Under the pieces are notes generated by a model. That model saw only the letters and a list, made by a program, of their open reading frames with translations, made no database searches and had not been told where the DNA came from. A stretch of 56,647 bases of DNA from assembly GCA_040753675.1 (NCBI GenBank), contig JBFMEB010000011.1:1-56647 (forward strand), read 5' to 3'. Below are positions 25,378 to 34,317 of the stretch, piece after piece. Origin of the DNA: Candidatus Omnitrophota bacterium. GTDB lineage: Bacteria; Omnitrophota; Gorgyraeia; JAHJTE01. Position numbers and translations under genes: made by a program. Position 1 is the first letter of the stretch; each line of letters starts with the position of its first letter.

Positions 25378-26646
25378 TTAAATACTTCTTTCTGAAGGCG
25401 GGCTTTGCATATCCAGGTTACTAAAGACTTTCATAGCCACTTCAATAATTCGAGGATCGAAATCTTTTCCTTTACATCTTTCCAATTCTGCCAGAGCAGC
25501 GCTAAGGGGCATTGCCTTGCGATATGCCCTGTCAGAGGTCATAGCATCAAAAGCATCGGCAACCAGCATAATACGTGCTAAGAACGGAATCTCTTCGCCC
25601 TTTAGGCCTTGAGGATAACCGCTACCATCCCAATGCTCCTGATCTGACTTAACAATGGGTAAGATACCTTTAAGAGAAGTTATTTTACTGATTATTTTAA
25701 CCGCTAAATCCGGATGACTCTTAACAACCTTAAATTCATCTTCTGTTAACCGCGCTGGTTTATCCAGGATATTTTTAGGAATTCCTATTTTTCCTAAATC
25801 ATGAACCATGCCGGCAATACGTATCCTATCTATATCCTTTGATTCTAGGCCCAAACCCAAGGCGAGAAGAACTGCATAATTAGAAACTCTTATGCAATGG
25901 CTTTCGCTATAAGAATGTTTAATATCCAAAAGCTGCCCAAAGAAAAATAATATCTCTTCTATAGAATGTCTGCGTTGCCTTATAGCAAAAATTTTAAAAC
26001 TATCTATAGTCTTTTTTATTTCCTGGCTAAGTAAATCAAAATTATTAGCCGTATCTAAAGTTTTATCATCTAACGCCGACTTGACTCCTTTGAGGTAGAC
26101 TGGATTAAATTCTTTTCCGCTCTGCTCATCCAGATAATTGTATGCATCTTGTAATTGCAATTTTTTTGAATGGTTAAATTTAACGCTAAGGCTATCGGCA
26201 ATTCTTATGGTTTGAGATTCAGATGAAACCTCATTATTAGAGCGCCGTAAAGGATAACCTTTCCCATCAAAACGCTCATGATGAGCAATAACAATATCTG
26301 CCAATTTGCTCAAACTGGGGAAACTAGATATTATCTGCCCGGAAATTAAAGGATGAGACAAGACGTCTTTATCAGAAATCTCACAGTACAAGTCAGCTTT
26401 ATGTACCGTCTCATAGGGCATATCAAAAGTTCCGATATCGTGAACCAATCCAGATAAAAACAATTCTTCTACCTTATGAGGAACAATTTCATTAGCTATT
26501 TTTTTTGAAAGAAACGCCACTGCAAAGCTATGGCGCAACAAGTCGCTACCAGAAAGTTCAAGGATATCTGGTAAGGCTGATAAAAGCTCTAAAATACCTC
26601 TCTCGAGATAGGCCATAAACTCCTTACAGCCCTTCATAAAATTCAT
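25378..26646 (-). CDS. Tandem HD-GYP domain protein (putative cyclic dinucleotide phosphodiesterase)
   Basis: HDIG..HHERFDGKGYP and HDLGK..DQEHWDGSGYP..VADAFDAMTSDRAYR. Confidence 0.88.
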   Translation of the reverse strand: MNFMKGCKEFMAYLERGILELLSALPDILELSGSDLLRHSFAVAFLSKKIANEIVPHKVEELFLSGLVHDIGTFDMPYETVHKADLYCEISDKDVLSHPLISGQIISSFPSLSKLADIVIAHHERFDGKGYPLRRSNNEVSSESQTIRIADSLSVKFNHSKKLQLQDAYNYLDEQSGKEFNPVYLKGVKSALDDKTLDTANNFDLLSQEIKKTIDSFKIFAIRQRRHSIEEILFFFGQLLDIKHSYSESHCIRVSNYAVLLALGLGLESKDIDRIRIAGMVHDLGKIGIPKNILDKPARLTEDEFKVVKSHPDLAVKIISKITSLKGILPIVKSDQEHWDGSGYPQGLKGEEIPFLARIMLVADAFDAMTSDRAYRKAMPLSAALAELERCKGKDFDPRIIEVAMKVFSNLDMQSPPSERSI

Positions 26647-26657
26647 TACGGGCTGTT

Positions 26658-26744
26658 GATTACAGCGATTAAAAATTAAGATTACACAGATTAAATATTG
26701 CTATGAAACTATCTGTGTAATCTCTTTTATAAATCTGTGTAATC
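26658..26744. repeat. GATTACACAGAT-type inverted/direct repeat element
   Basis: Two forward units (26658, 26679) and two reverse-complement units (26711, 26732). Confidence 0.75.
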
Positions 26745-26772
26745 ATAGGCTGGAACGTATTTTGTGACAGCC

Positions 26773-27720
26773 TTAATTAGATTGCGCTAGATAACGAAAT
26801 GCACTCAATGCCGCCTTAGAGCCTTCACCGGCAGCTATAATAATCTGTTTTTCCGGTACGTCGGTAACATCGCCGGCTGCAAAAATACCCCTAATATTAG
26901 TTTCATTGCGGCTGTTTACTTTTATCTCGCCAAATTCGTTCTTCTCAATTCCTTTAGTGAATTCAGAGTTTGGTATAAGGCCGATTTCCACAAAAACCCC
27001 TTGTACATCGATAATTTGCTCCTCTGCGGTCTCTGCGGTTGCAATCTGCGGTCTCTGCGGTTGCAATTTCCTAATCTTGATAGCGTTCACCATCTTATCT
27101 CCCAATACTTGCTTAACCTGGCTATCATTTAAAATAGTTACGATATTGCTATCAGTAACTTTCTGACGCATTATCGAATCTCCGGCTAATTGGGAAGTAA
27201 TATTTATAATGTAGACGTGCTTTGCTATCTTTATTAACTGTAAGGCAGCGTCCAGCGCCGAATTACCCCCACCTATAACTGCTACAATCTTTTTAGAAAA
27301 TAAAGGCCCATCGCAGGTAGCGCAATAAGTCAGACCTTTATTTTTAAATTCCTTTTCTCCTGGAACATTTAATTCTTTGGAGCGTTTGCCAGATGCAATA
27401 ATTACCGTCTTAGATTTATATATTTCTTTTTCGCTCTTAACCACGCACAAATCATCTTCTTTGCTAACCCTAATTACCTTCTCTTCTTCTTTAAGTTGGA
27501 TATCGTATTTATGCAGGTGCTCTTCAAATTTCTTTACCAATTCCGGACCAGTTATAAATTGATAACCAGTGTAATTTTCAATGTCGCCGCTTATGCCTGC
27601 CTGGCCGCCAACATCTTGAGTCAAAACTAAAGTATCCAAGCGCTGACGGCTAGCATATACAGCAGCAGTTATTCCAGCAGGCCCTGCGCCGATAATTATA
27701 AGCTCAAATACTCGCGACAT
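26773..27720 (-). CDS. trxB: Thioredoxin-disulfide reductase (TrxB/AhpF C-terminal type) with an in-frame repeat insertion
   Basis: IIGAGPAG, YCATCDG, VIGGGNSA, GIFAAGDV. Confidence 0.88.
   Translation of the reverse strand: MSRVFELIIIGAGPAGITAAVYASRQRLDTLVLTQDVGGQAGISGDIENYTGYQFITGPELVKKFEEHLHKYDIQLKEEEKVIRVSKEDDLCVVKSEKEIYKSKTVIIASGKRSKELNVPGEKEFKNKGLTYCATCDGPLFSKKIVAVIGGGNSALDAALQLIKIAKHVYIINITSQLAGDSIMRQKVTDSNIVTILNDSQVKQVLGDKMVNAIKIRKLQPQRPQIATAETAEEQIIDVQGVFVEIGLIPNSEFTKGIEKNEFGEIKVNSRNETNIRGIFAAGDVTDVPEKQIIIAAGEGSKAALSAFRYLAQSN
27023..27066. repeat. Perfect 22-bp tandem duplication inside trxB
   Basis: TCTGCGGTCTCTGCGGTTGCAA x2. Confidence 0.95.
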
Positions 27721-27769
27721 ATTCCAAGCTTTAATAAAAGTGAATCAAAATTGACAATTAACAGGTGGG

Positions 27770-28009
27770 TTAAATTAATCCTAACGCCTTGGAAATCCTT
27801 TCTCTGTTAAACCCGACTATGATTTCACCGTCGATATCTAAAACCGGAACTCCCATCTGGCCGGATTTTTGCACCATTTCCTCAGCAGCCTGCTCATTAG
27901 TTGAGACATCTAAATTCTCAAATTCTATATTATTATCTGCTAAAAATTGCTTTAGCCGAATACAATAAGGGCACGTTGGCGTGCTGTAGACTATTACTCT
28001 CTTAGCCAT
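27770..28009 (-). CDS. Glutaredoxin-like protein (NrdH/YruB type)
   Basis: YSTPTCPYC, SGQMGVPV, IVGF. Confidence 0.92.
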   Translation of the reverse strand: MAKRVIVYSTPTCPYCIRLKQFLADNNIEFENLDVSTNEQAAEEMVQKSGQMGVPVLDIDGEIIVGFNRERISKALGLI

Positions 28010-28039
28010 TCTTTTTAAGCCTTGCTCAAAACTTCACTT

Positions 28040-28513
28040 CTATAACAAGTCTTCGAACTTCTCTTCGTGTGCTACTTCTTCAGCCAAAATATGGCAAACC
28101 AGCTGATAAGTAACGTGGTCTTTACCAATTGTCTTATTGGCTATCTTTTGATAAACATCAATTGCGCCTGCCTCAGCGTCTAATACAACCTTAATCATAT
28201 TCTTATAATCTGCTGTATCTTTGGGCGGCTTAGGATAAGGCGCATTTGCATTCTTCTCTAAATCAGAGATATTAAGAAGAGGCAGACCCCCTAATTCCTG
28301 TATTCTATTGGAAAGTTCTTCCTGGTGTTCCCATTCCTCCTTGGCAATCTCTTCGAAAAATTCTGACATATCTTCATAGCCCGCACCAGTAACAGTATTA
28401 GCCATATAGTTGTATGAATAGATTGCCAACCATTCGTCAGCATAAGCGCGATTTAAATCATTAATAAGGTCCTTAACATCAACCCCTGATATTTTAGTTC
28501 CTTCTTTTCCCAT
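28040..28513 (-). CDS. Ferritin-like protein (bacterioferritin/DpsL type)
   Basis: AYADEWLA, EEWEH, AEAGAI..Y, EEVAHE di-iron ligands. Confidence 0.88.
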   Translation of the reverse strand: MGKEGTKISGVDVKDLINDLNRAYADEWLAIYSYNYMANTVTGAGYEDMSEFFEEIAKEEWEHQEELSNRIQELGGLPLLNISDLEKNANAPYPKPPKDTADYKNMIKVVLDAEAGAIDVYQKIANKTIGKDHVTYQLVCHILAEEVAHEEKFEDLL

Positions 28514-28526
28514 ACAACACCTCCGA

Positions 28527-28762
28527 TTTTAATGAGCAGATGATTTATGGAGTCAAAATGACGACATAAATCATAGGCCATAAGGCCGTCTGCGAGTTAA
28601 ACCCAGCACTTATTTTACTGCCAGGCTTTAAGTTGAAATAAAATAAATTTTCTTCGAATAAAATCTTAATTTTTATTACCCAGCTTCTTAGTAAAATAAG
28701 TGCTGGGTAAATTCAGCCAGCAAACTTACGAATACCATTGTCTCATAAGGTTGGGCTTCATT
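28527..28762. mobile_element. Non-autonomous inverted-repeat element (19-bp perfect IRs at 28601-28619 and 28690-28708) with flanking hairpin modules
   Basis: ACCCAGCACTTATTTTACT / AGTAAAATAAGTGCTGGGT. The left 90 bp is homologous to 56469-56553. Confidence 0.65.
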
Positions 28763-28914
28763 TACTTTTTCCTCATCTGTTCACCACAACAGATAATATC
28801 GCAAGTATCAACACAGCCACAGGCATTATCGCTCGTAACAATTAAGCCGCACACATCACAAGTATACTTACTTTGCTTCTTTACGCTTTTCTTCCTGGCA
28901 CTTTTCTTTACCAT
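28762..28914 (-). CDS. Desulforedoxin-like small protein (50 aa, 7 Cys)
   Basis: Y.CDVCG..V...CCGEQM.K is the desulforedoxin pattern. Start moved to ATG 28914. Confidence 0.75.
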   Translation of the reverse strand: MVKKSARKKSVKKQSKYTCDVCGLIVTSDNACGCVDTCDIICCGEQMRKK

Positions 28915-28925
28915 ACCCACCCCCT

Positions 28926-28980
28926 GCCCGCCACAGTTCTTTGGCGGGCGAATTGAATCCGCCAATGCTTTGTGGCGGAT
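28926..28980. repeat. Pair of REP-like CCGCCA/TGGCGG hairpins
   Basis: GCCCGCCA..TGGCGGGC (28926-28949) and ATCCGCCA..TGGCGGAT (28957-28980). Confidence 0.7.
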
Positions 28981-28982
28981 AT

Positions 28983-29141
28983 TTAAATAGCTTCAAACAT
29001 ATCCTTGCCTACGCCGCATTCAGGACAGACCCACGTATCCGCTAACTCAGCAAAAGCAGTTCCTGGGTTTATGCCATTATCTGGATCTCCTTTTGCCGGA
29101 TCATAGATATAACCACAAACAGTACATCGATATTTCCCCAT
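28983..29141 (-). CDS. Rubredoxin (not in the ORF track, 52 aa)
   Basis: Hand translation: [52 protein letters not shown]. Confidence 0.97.
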   Translation of the reverse strand: MGKYRCTVCGYIYDPAKGDPDNGINPGTAFAELADTWVCPECGVGKDMFEAI

Positions 29142-29171
29142 TACACTCCCTCATGTTTTGATAGTTAATAT

Positions 29172-30368
29172 TTATTTAATTCTTTGGGCAAAATCTTTAC
29201 CCCAATTATAGCAATTTTCAAGCTCTTTGTCATCTGGGACATATTTAATTGACAAAGATGGCTGAGTAATTTCTAACGCTGCCTCTCTTAAAACATTTTC
29301 TATTTCTGCTATTGCTCCGCCTGCCCAGCCAAAAGAGCCAAATACGGCTACAAGTCTATTTTTGGCTTTAAAACCTTTTAATAGTTCCAGAAATGCTGCC
29401 AAGGTAGGCAGCATATCATTATCGTGCGTCGAAGAGCCGATGATAAAACCCTTGGCAGAAAACATCTCTTTTATAATCTCTGTCCTGTCACTCACAGCTA
29501 CATCAAATAGTTTAACTGAAATACCGCCATCACTTATGCCTTGGGCTATTTTTGCTGCCATCAATGCCGTAGCGCCCCACATAGTCTCATATACAACAAC
29601 AATCTTTTGTTTAGTTTCATTCTTAGACCAGGAAAGATAAGCATTAATAATTTTTTGGGGGTCTTTTCGCCAAATAATTCCGTGGCTAGGAGCAATCATC
29701 TTTATTGGCATATTCATTCTTTGCAATTCTTCTAACTTTTTTAAGATTATCGTAGACAACGGCCAAAGAATATTGGCATAATATTTTTCTGTTTCATCCA
29801 TAAGTATCCAATTATCAACCTCATCGTCAAAGCGTTCGCTGGTTGCATAATGCTGGCCAAAAGCATCGTTAGGCAAAAGTATCGCGTCTTCTATTACATA
29901 GGTAAACATACTATCCGGCCAATGAATCATCGGCGCTTCGATAAAGGATAAAGTTTTTTTACCTAATTTTAATTTATCCCCGGTTTTAACGACATTAAAA
30001 TCCCAATTTCCAAAATAGTGTTTAAGAAGCCCCTCCTTACACTTTGCCGAACAATGAACTATTGCCTTAGGGCAAAGTTTTAAAATAGTAGGCAACGCTC
30101 CTGAGTGGTCAGTCTCAACATGATTAGCAATAACATAGTCAATCTTTGCAGGATCAATAATCTGTTTAACCTTATCGGTCATTTCATTAGAAAAAGGCGC
30201 CATTACCGTGTCAACCAAGGCAATTTTTTCATCAACAATCAAATAGGCATTATAAGTAGTTCCGCGTAGAGTGCTGTAAGTATGTCCATGGAAATTACGT
30301 ATATTCCAGTCAATCGCGCCCACCCAGTAAATATTATCTGATATCTTAAGCGGTTTCATTACCATCAC
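29172..30368 (-). CDS. fprA: Flavodiiron protein (A-type flavoprotein)
   Basis: GTTYNAYL, NHVETDHSG, HWPDSM, DAFGQH, PSHG, plus a flavodoxin domain. Confidence 0.93.
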   Translation of the reverse strand: MMVMKPLKISDNIYWVGAIDWNIRNFHGHTYSTLRGTTYNAYLIVDEKIALVDTVMAPFSNEMTDKVKQIIDPAKIDYVIANHVETDHSGALPTILKLCPKAIVHCSAKCKEGLLKHYFGNWDFNVVKTGDKLKLGKKTLSFIEAPMIHWPDSMFTYVIEDAILLPNDAFGQHYATSERFDDEVDNWILMDETEKYYANILWPLSTIILKKLEELQRMNMPIKMIAPSHGIIWRKDPQKIINAYLSWSKNETKQKIVVVYETMWGATALMAAKIAQGISDGGISVKLFDVAVSDRTEIIKEMFSAKGFIIGSSTHDNDMLPTLAAFLELLKGFKAKNRLVAVFGSFGWAGGAIAEIENVLREAALEITQPSLSIKYVPDDKELENCYNWGKDFAQRIK

Positions 30369-30374
30369 CTCTTG

Positions 30375-31226
30375 TTAAATATGTTCCTCTAAGATTTTTT
30401 TGATATTAATATCTTTATCTATCAATGACTTTTCTGAAATAAAATTTTCATCAAAACAAGGCTTTTCTTTTTTATAAAAAACACCTAAGGCAATCGCCGC
30501 ATCAAGATTATAGTCCCATTCCCGGATTTTAGTCAGGGCTTTATTATAATCGCTTACATCATGATTAACAAGTTCATAAACTTTTTTAGAATAATAATCA
30601 TACATATTAAAATAGGTTACGCAGACTTGTAAAATGTCCAAAAGGGCAAAACCTCTATGCGCCAGAGACTCTTTAAAAATTTTTTTCAATAAATCTATGC
30701 CGTGCGTATACCCACGAGCAATAAATGTAGCGCCGCTGGCTAAAACAAGTTCCAGCGGATTAATTGCAGGTTCTTTGGTGCCGAACGGCGTTGAGCGACC
30801 CTTAAAACCCAAAGGCGAGGTAGGCGTATATTGGCCGGTAGTAAGGCCATATACGCGGTTATTATGAACTATCATCATAACATCTATATTCCTTTTTGCA
30901 GCAAATATTAAATGCTCTAAGCCCTCGCCGTAACAATCTCCGTCTCCGGCAAAGCCGATTACTTTTAACTTAGGATTGGCAATCTTTATGCCTTGGGCAA
31001 CGGGCAATACCCTGCCGTGTATAGAATAAAAACTATTCACATTTATATAGTCAACGATTTTTGCGTGACAGCCAATGCCTGAGACTAATACTACATTCTC
31101 TAGGCCAAAACCTTCTTGCGCTAACTCGCTTAAGACTGTCTTTATTGCAGTAAGAATTGCAAAATTTCCGCAACCCGGACACCACGTATTTACAGCATAA
31201 GTGCCTAAATCTTTTTTCTGGTTCAT
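30375..31226 (-). CDS. 2-oxoacid:ferredoxin oxidoreductase beta subunit
   Basis: WCPGCGN, SGIGC, HGR, GDGD..GEG, NN.VYGLTTGQ. Confidence 0.93.
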   Translation of the reverse strand: MNQKKDLGTYAVNTWCPGCGNFAILTAIKTVLSELAQEGFGLENVVLVSGIGCHAKIVDYINVNSFYSIHGRVLPVAQGIKIANPKLKVIGFAGDGDCYGEGLEHLIFAAKRNIDVMMIVHNNRVYGLTTGQYTPTSPLGFKGRSTPFGTKEPAINPLELVLASGATFIARGYTHGIDLLKKIFKESLAHRGFALLDILQVCVTYFNMYDYYSKKVYELVNHDVSDYNKALTKIREWDYNLDAAIALGVFYKKEKPCFDENFISEKSLIDKDINIKKILEEHI

Positions 31227-32896
31227 AGGATTTTTTTAAGTTGGTCCTCTAATTCCTCTAAGAAAAACGGCCTTCCGTCATATTTTAATATTCTTTCATT
31301 GACATTAAACCCGTGAAGTTTAACGACCTCGGCTAATTGGCCGCTAAAATTATTCTCAACACAAATTACTTTTTTAACGGACACTAAGCTTTGTGTAAAC
31401 TGTTCTACAGGAAAAGGCGAAAGCACAAGCGGCTGAATAACTTTTAAGCCTAAGTTCTGTGCTGCTTCTATGCATACACCTTTATTCGAACCCCAACAAA
31501 GAATTGCAGTATCCGCCTTCTTATTTGCGTATACCTTAACTACTTCTTCTCTCTCTAAATCTTTAAGCAAAAAAGTTTTTTTGCGCAGGCGTTTTTCCTG
31601 CATAAATTTTGTTATCTGTGCATCCTCGGTTGTTATGCCAAATTCATCGTGTTCGTAACTGTTGACCTTGATAATCTGGTCTTTTTGGGGAACAAAGGCA
31701 AGAGGTGAAACGCCGTTTTCAGCATTACGGTATCGACGGTAGGTGTCTTCTTTTGCGTCCCATAAAGGAACCTTTTGCTCTTCTAAAGAACCTGCTAAAT
31801 CTATCTGAATGCTAAACGTTCCTTCGCAAAGAGTTTTATCAACTAAAATTATTGACGGTATCTGATACTGCCAAGAAATATTAAGGGCAATACCAGCCCA
31901 AAAATATGCTTCTTCTGCATCTCCTGGCGCTACTAAAAACCTGCTAAATTCACCGTGGCCAGCTCTGTAAGCAAAATGCAAATCTGACTGGGCTGTATAA
32001 GTAGGCAGTCCTGTGCTTGGCCCGGTTCTTTGACCTAAGATAATTACAACTGGAAGTTCTGCCATTGCCGCTAAACTTAATGATTCAGTCATCAGGCAGA
32101 AGCCTCCGCCAGAAGTGCCAACCGCTACCCTTTTACCAGCATAGGCAAATCCTAACGCCATTAGAATAACGCCTATTTCGCTTTCCGGATGAATAACATC
32201 AATACCAAAATCATCTGCTACACCTGCAAGAAAATGCAAAAGATTTGACAAAGGCGTCATCGGATAAGCAACGTAAGCACCTAGCCCTGCCTTTAGGAGG
32301 CCACAACCAATAGCTTCATTTCCAGTAACTAAAGGTAAAATCTTATCGGAACATTTATCTATTTTTGTTACTTCTTTTATTACCTCGTAACCTCTGCGCG
32401 CTAACTTTATATTTAAATCCGTCTCTTTAGAAATGTTCTTTTTAAAAACAGTCTCTAAAATATTCCAATCTAATCCAATCGCCTTAGCAAAACAGCCGAT
32501 TATGCAGGAGTTGCGCATTACGTCGAGTGCCTTCTCTTCTTTTACGATTTTTTCCAGAGGGATTCCAAAGGATTTTTTCTCAGGAGGGATGGTATCTACC
32601 TTGACAAGATCAGAGTTGTAAATTACTAAACAATTATCAGTTAATTTATTGGTATGAAAAGTGATGCTATCTTGATTTAAGGCAAGAAGGAAATCTATTT
32701 TTTCTCGGCAAGTTGCTTTTTTTTCGCGGGAAGCACGAATAATTGAAAAGGTATGCCCGCCTCTGATAATGGAAGGATAATCGCGGTAAACATAAATACT
32801 GTAACCCAGCTGGTTCAATAGGCTGGCGATTATCGAGCCTGCCTTATCAATGCCATCTCCAGCTTTGCCGCCTATAAGCAGAGCAAAATCGTCCAT
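31223..32896 (-). CDS. 2-oxoacid:acceptor oxidoreductase alpha subunit (gamma-alpha fusion)
   Basis: GG.AGDGI, YPSIIRGGH, GNEA, YPMTP, TSGGGF.LM.E, GPSTGLPT. Confidence 0.93.
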   Translation of the reverse strand: MDDFALLIGGKAGDGIDKAGSIIASLLNQLGYSIYVYRDYPSIIRGGHTFSIIRASREKKATCREKIDFLLALNQDSITFHTNKLTDNCLVIYNSDLVKVDTIPPEKKSFGIPLEKIVKEEKALDVMRNSCIIGCFAKAIGLDWNILETVFKKNISKETDLNIKLARRGYEVIKEVTKIDKCSDKILPLVTGNEAIGCGLLKAGLGAYVAYPMTPLSNLLHFLAGVADDFGIDVIHPESEIGVILMALGFAYAGKRVAVGTSGGGFCLMTESLSLAAMAELPVVIILGQRTGPSTGLPTYTAQSDLHFAYRAGHGEFSRFLVAPGDAEEAYFWAGIALNISWQYQIPSIILVDKTLCEGTFSIQIDLAGSLEEQKVPLWDAKEDTYRRYRNAENGVSPLAFVPQKDQIIKVNSYEHDEFGITTEDAQITKFMQEKRLRKKTFLLKDLEREEVVKVYANKKADTAILCWGSNKGVCIEAAQNLGLKVIQPLVLSPFPVEQFTQSLVSVKKVICVENNFSGQLAEVVKLHGFNVNERILKYDGRPFFLEELEDQLKKIL

Positions 32897-32909
32897 ATTA
32901 ATCGCTTAT

Positions 32910-33404
32910 TCAGGCTTTGTTCAATAAATCTTGCAATAACAGTTTATGTTTTTCTTCTTCTCTAATAATCTTACTGATTTCCTGCTTTGAGGCTGAGCTG
33001 CCAACAAAATCTCTACACGAAGAATAAAACTTTATTGATTTATCCTCGATCGCTAAGCCAAATTCCAGCGCTTTCTTGGGTTTACTTATTATAGCTTTTA
33101 GCTCTTCGGAATTTTTGGCTATAAATATTCCATAATCCATTACCTTGAATAAATCATCTTCTTCGAATAAATCGCCCTTATCCTGCCTTAATGGGAAGAG
33201 GCAATTTTGAAAAAATTTAAGATGTTTTTTCTCTTCCTCTATGAGAAAATTTAATGTCTCTTTAGTTTGCTGGGAATCTGCTTTGGCAGCTAAACTTTTA
33301 TAAAAATCTATCCCATCCTGCTCAATCTTTGAGGCAATTTTATATGCCTCAATTTCATCGAAATCAACAATTGAAAGCTTGCCGTTTTTCTCTTCTATTT
33401 TCAT
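32910..33404 (-). CDS. Ferritin/rubrerythrin-family di-iron protein
   Basis: IEQDGIDFY..EEEKKH and IEDKSIKFY..EEEKH. Confidence 0.85.
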   Translation of the reverse strand: MKIEEKNGKLSIVDFDEIEAYKIASKIEQDGIDFYKSLAAKADSQQTKETLNFLIEEEKKHLKFFQNCLFPLRQDKGDLFEEDDLFKVMDYGIFIAKNSEELKAIISKPKKALEFGLAIEDKSIKFYSSCRDFVGSSASKQEISKIIREEEKHKLLLQDLLNKA

Positions 33405-33411
33405 AAATTTA

Positions 33412-33900
33412 TTACTTTTTTCTGTTGTTTATATCTTTCCTCAATTGTGACAGATAGACAACATGCTGTTTTTCTTCATTTATTAACGTCTGAACTATCT
33501 CTTTTTGGCTGGAATTCATATAGGAGAGCATTTCTAAGAAAAACAGGATTGCATCTTTCTCAAAGCCAATAGCAAAATCAATAGCAACTAAAGAGGATGT
33601 AACATTTTTACTAAAAGCCTGGGCTGAGACCTTATTATAAAGCAAATCATCAACCAAGCTTTGCATATAGGTTGCAAGTTCTCCTGGATAGGATTCTACT
33701 GGCTCTGTCTCTCTTATTTCATTCCTAATCTGGGTGAACTTTTTTATATGTTCTTCTTCCCAATCTCGCAATCTGCTAAAAAGTTTTTTCATCTCGCTAT
33801 CTTTAAAGCTACTTGCCACTAAGGCATAGAAGTCTCTGCGCTTTTTCTCTTTTTCTATGCCTAAATCAGCGATTTCTGCGGCATTGAAAATTTTCGGCAT
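33412..33900 (-). CDS. Ferritin/rubrerythrin-family di-iron protein
   Basis: EKKRRDFY..WEEEH and FEKDAILFF..EEKQH. Confidence 0.85.
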   Translation of the reverse strand: MPKIFNAAEIADLGIEKEKKRRDFYALVASSFKDSEMKKLFSRLRDWEEEHIKKFTQIRNEIRETEPVESYPGELATYMQSLVDDLLYNKVSAQAFSKNVTSSLVAIDFAIGFEKDAILFFLEMLSYMNSSQKEIVQTLINEEKQHVVYLSQLRKDINNRKK

Positions 33901-34027
33901 TAATGACTCCTTTGAAAATTTTAGGACGGATTTAAGTATTTAATAGTATTGAAGTTGCAGGAGTTTCATATTAGCACAGCAATAAATTTTCGTCAAGCAT
34001 TAGCTTTTACCTCTAAGAATTTAGCTG

Positions 34028-34056
34028 TCTGGGTAGCCTCGCAAAGGCTACCCAGA
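34028..34056. terminator. Hairpin after the Cys-rich small gene (probable terminator)
   Basis: TCTGGGTAGCCT-cgcaa-AGGCTACCCAGA, a 12-bp perfect stem. Confidence 0.65.
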
Positions 34057-34068
34057 TTTAAAACTCCT

Positions 34069-34245
34069 CTAGCGACAACATATGTCCTTAAAAGGCACCT
34101 CGCCAGCACAACAAGCTTCAATGCACTTTTTTAGATTCTCTCGTCTTAGTGCATCTTTTACCCCATCGCCGGTAATCTGAACTTGAAAACCATTTTTAAG
34201 TTCACTTACCTTAATCTCACATTTAATATCCTTAGTGCCACACAT
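34069..34245 (-). CDS. Small Cys-rich protein (not in the ORF track, 58 aa)
   Basis: AGGAGGTG RBS, then MCGTKDIKCEIKVSELKNGFQVQITGDGVKDALRRENLKKCIEACCAGEVPFKDICCR, then a hairpin. Confidence 0.8.
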   Translation of the reverse strand: MCGTKDIKCEIKVSELKNGFQVQITGDGVKDALRRENLKKCIEACCAGEVPFKDICCR

Positions 34246-34274
34246 ATTAAATCACCTCCTCTTTCGATTATTTG

Positions 34275-34300
34275 TTTAAGTGTACGCGCATATACTTAAA
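34275..34300. promoter_or_regulatory. Putative ArsR/SmtB operator (inverted repeat)
   Basis: TTTAAGTGTA-cgcgca-TATACTTAAA. Shares AGTATATGC with the site at 34628-34653. Confidence 0.6.
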
Positions 34301-34317
34301 TAATAAATAAAAAAATA

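Noticed and set aside
28527-28600. Conserved structured leader as a new metal-sensing riboswitch (also at 56469)
   Set aside because: Both copies precede an RBS, but a third copy at 7056-7132 is in the opposite orientation and the motif is tied to terminal IRs. A mobile repeat is more parsimonious, though not proven.
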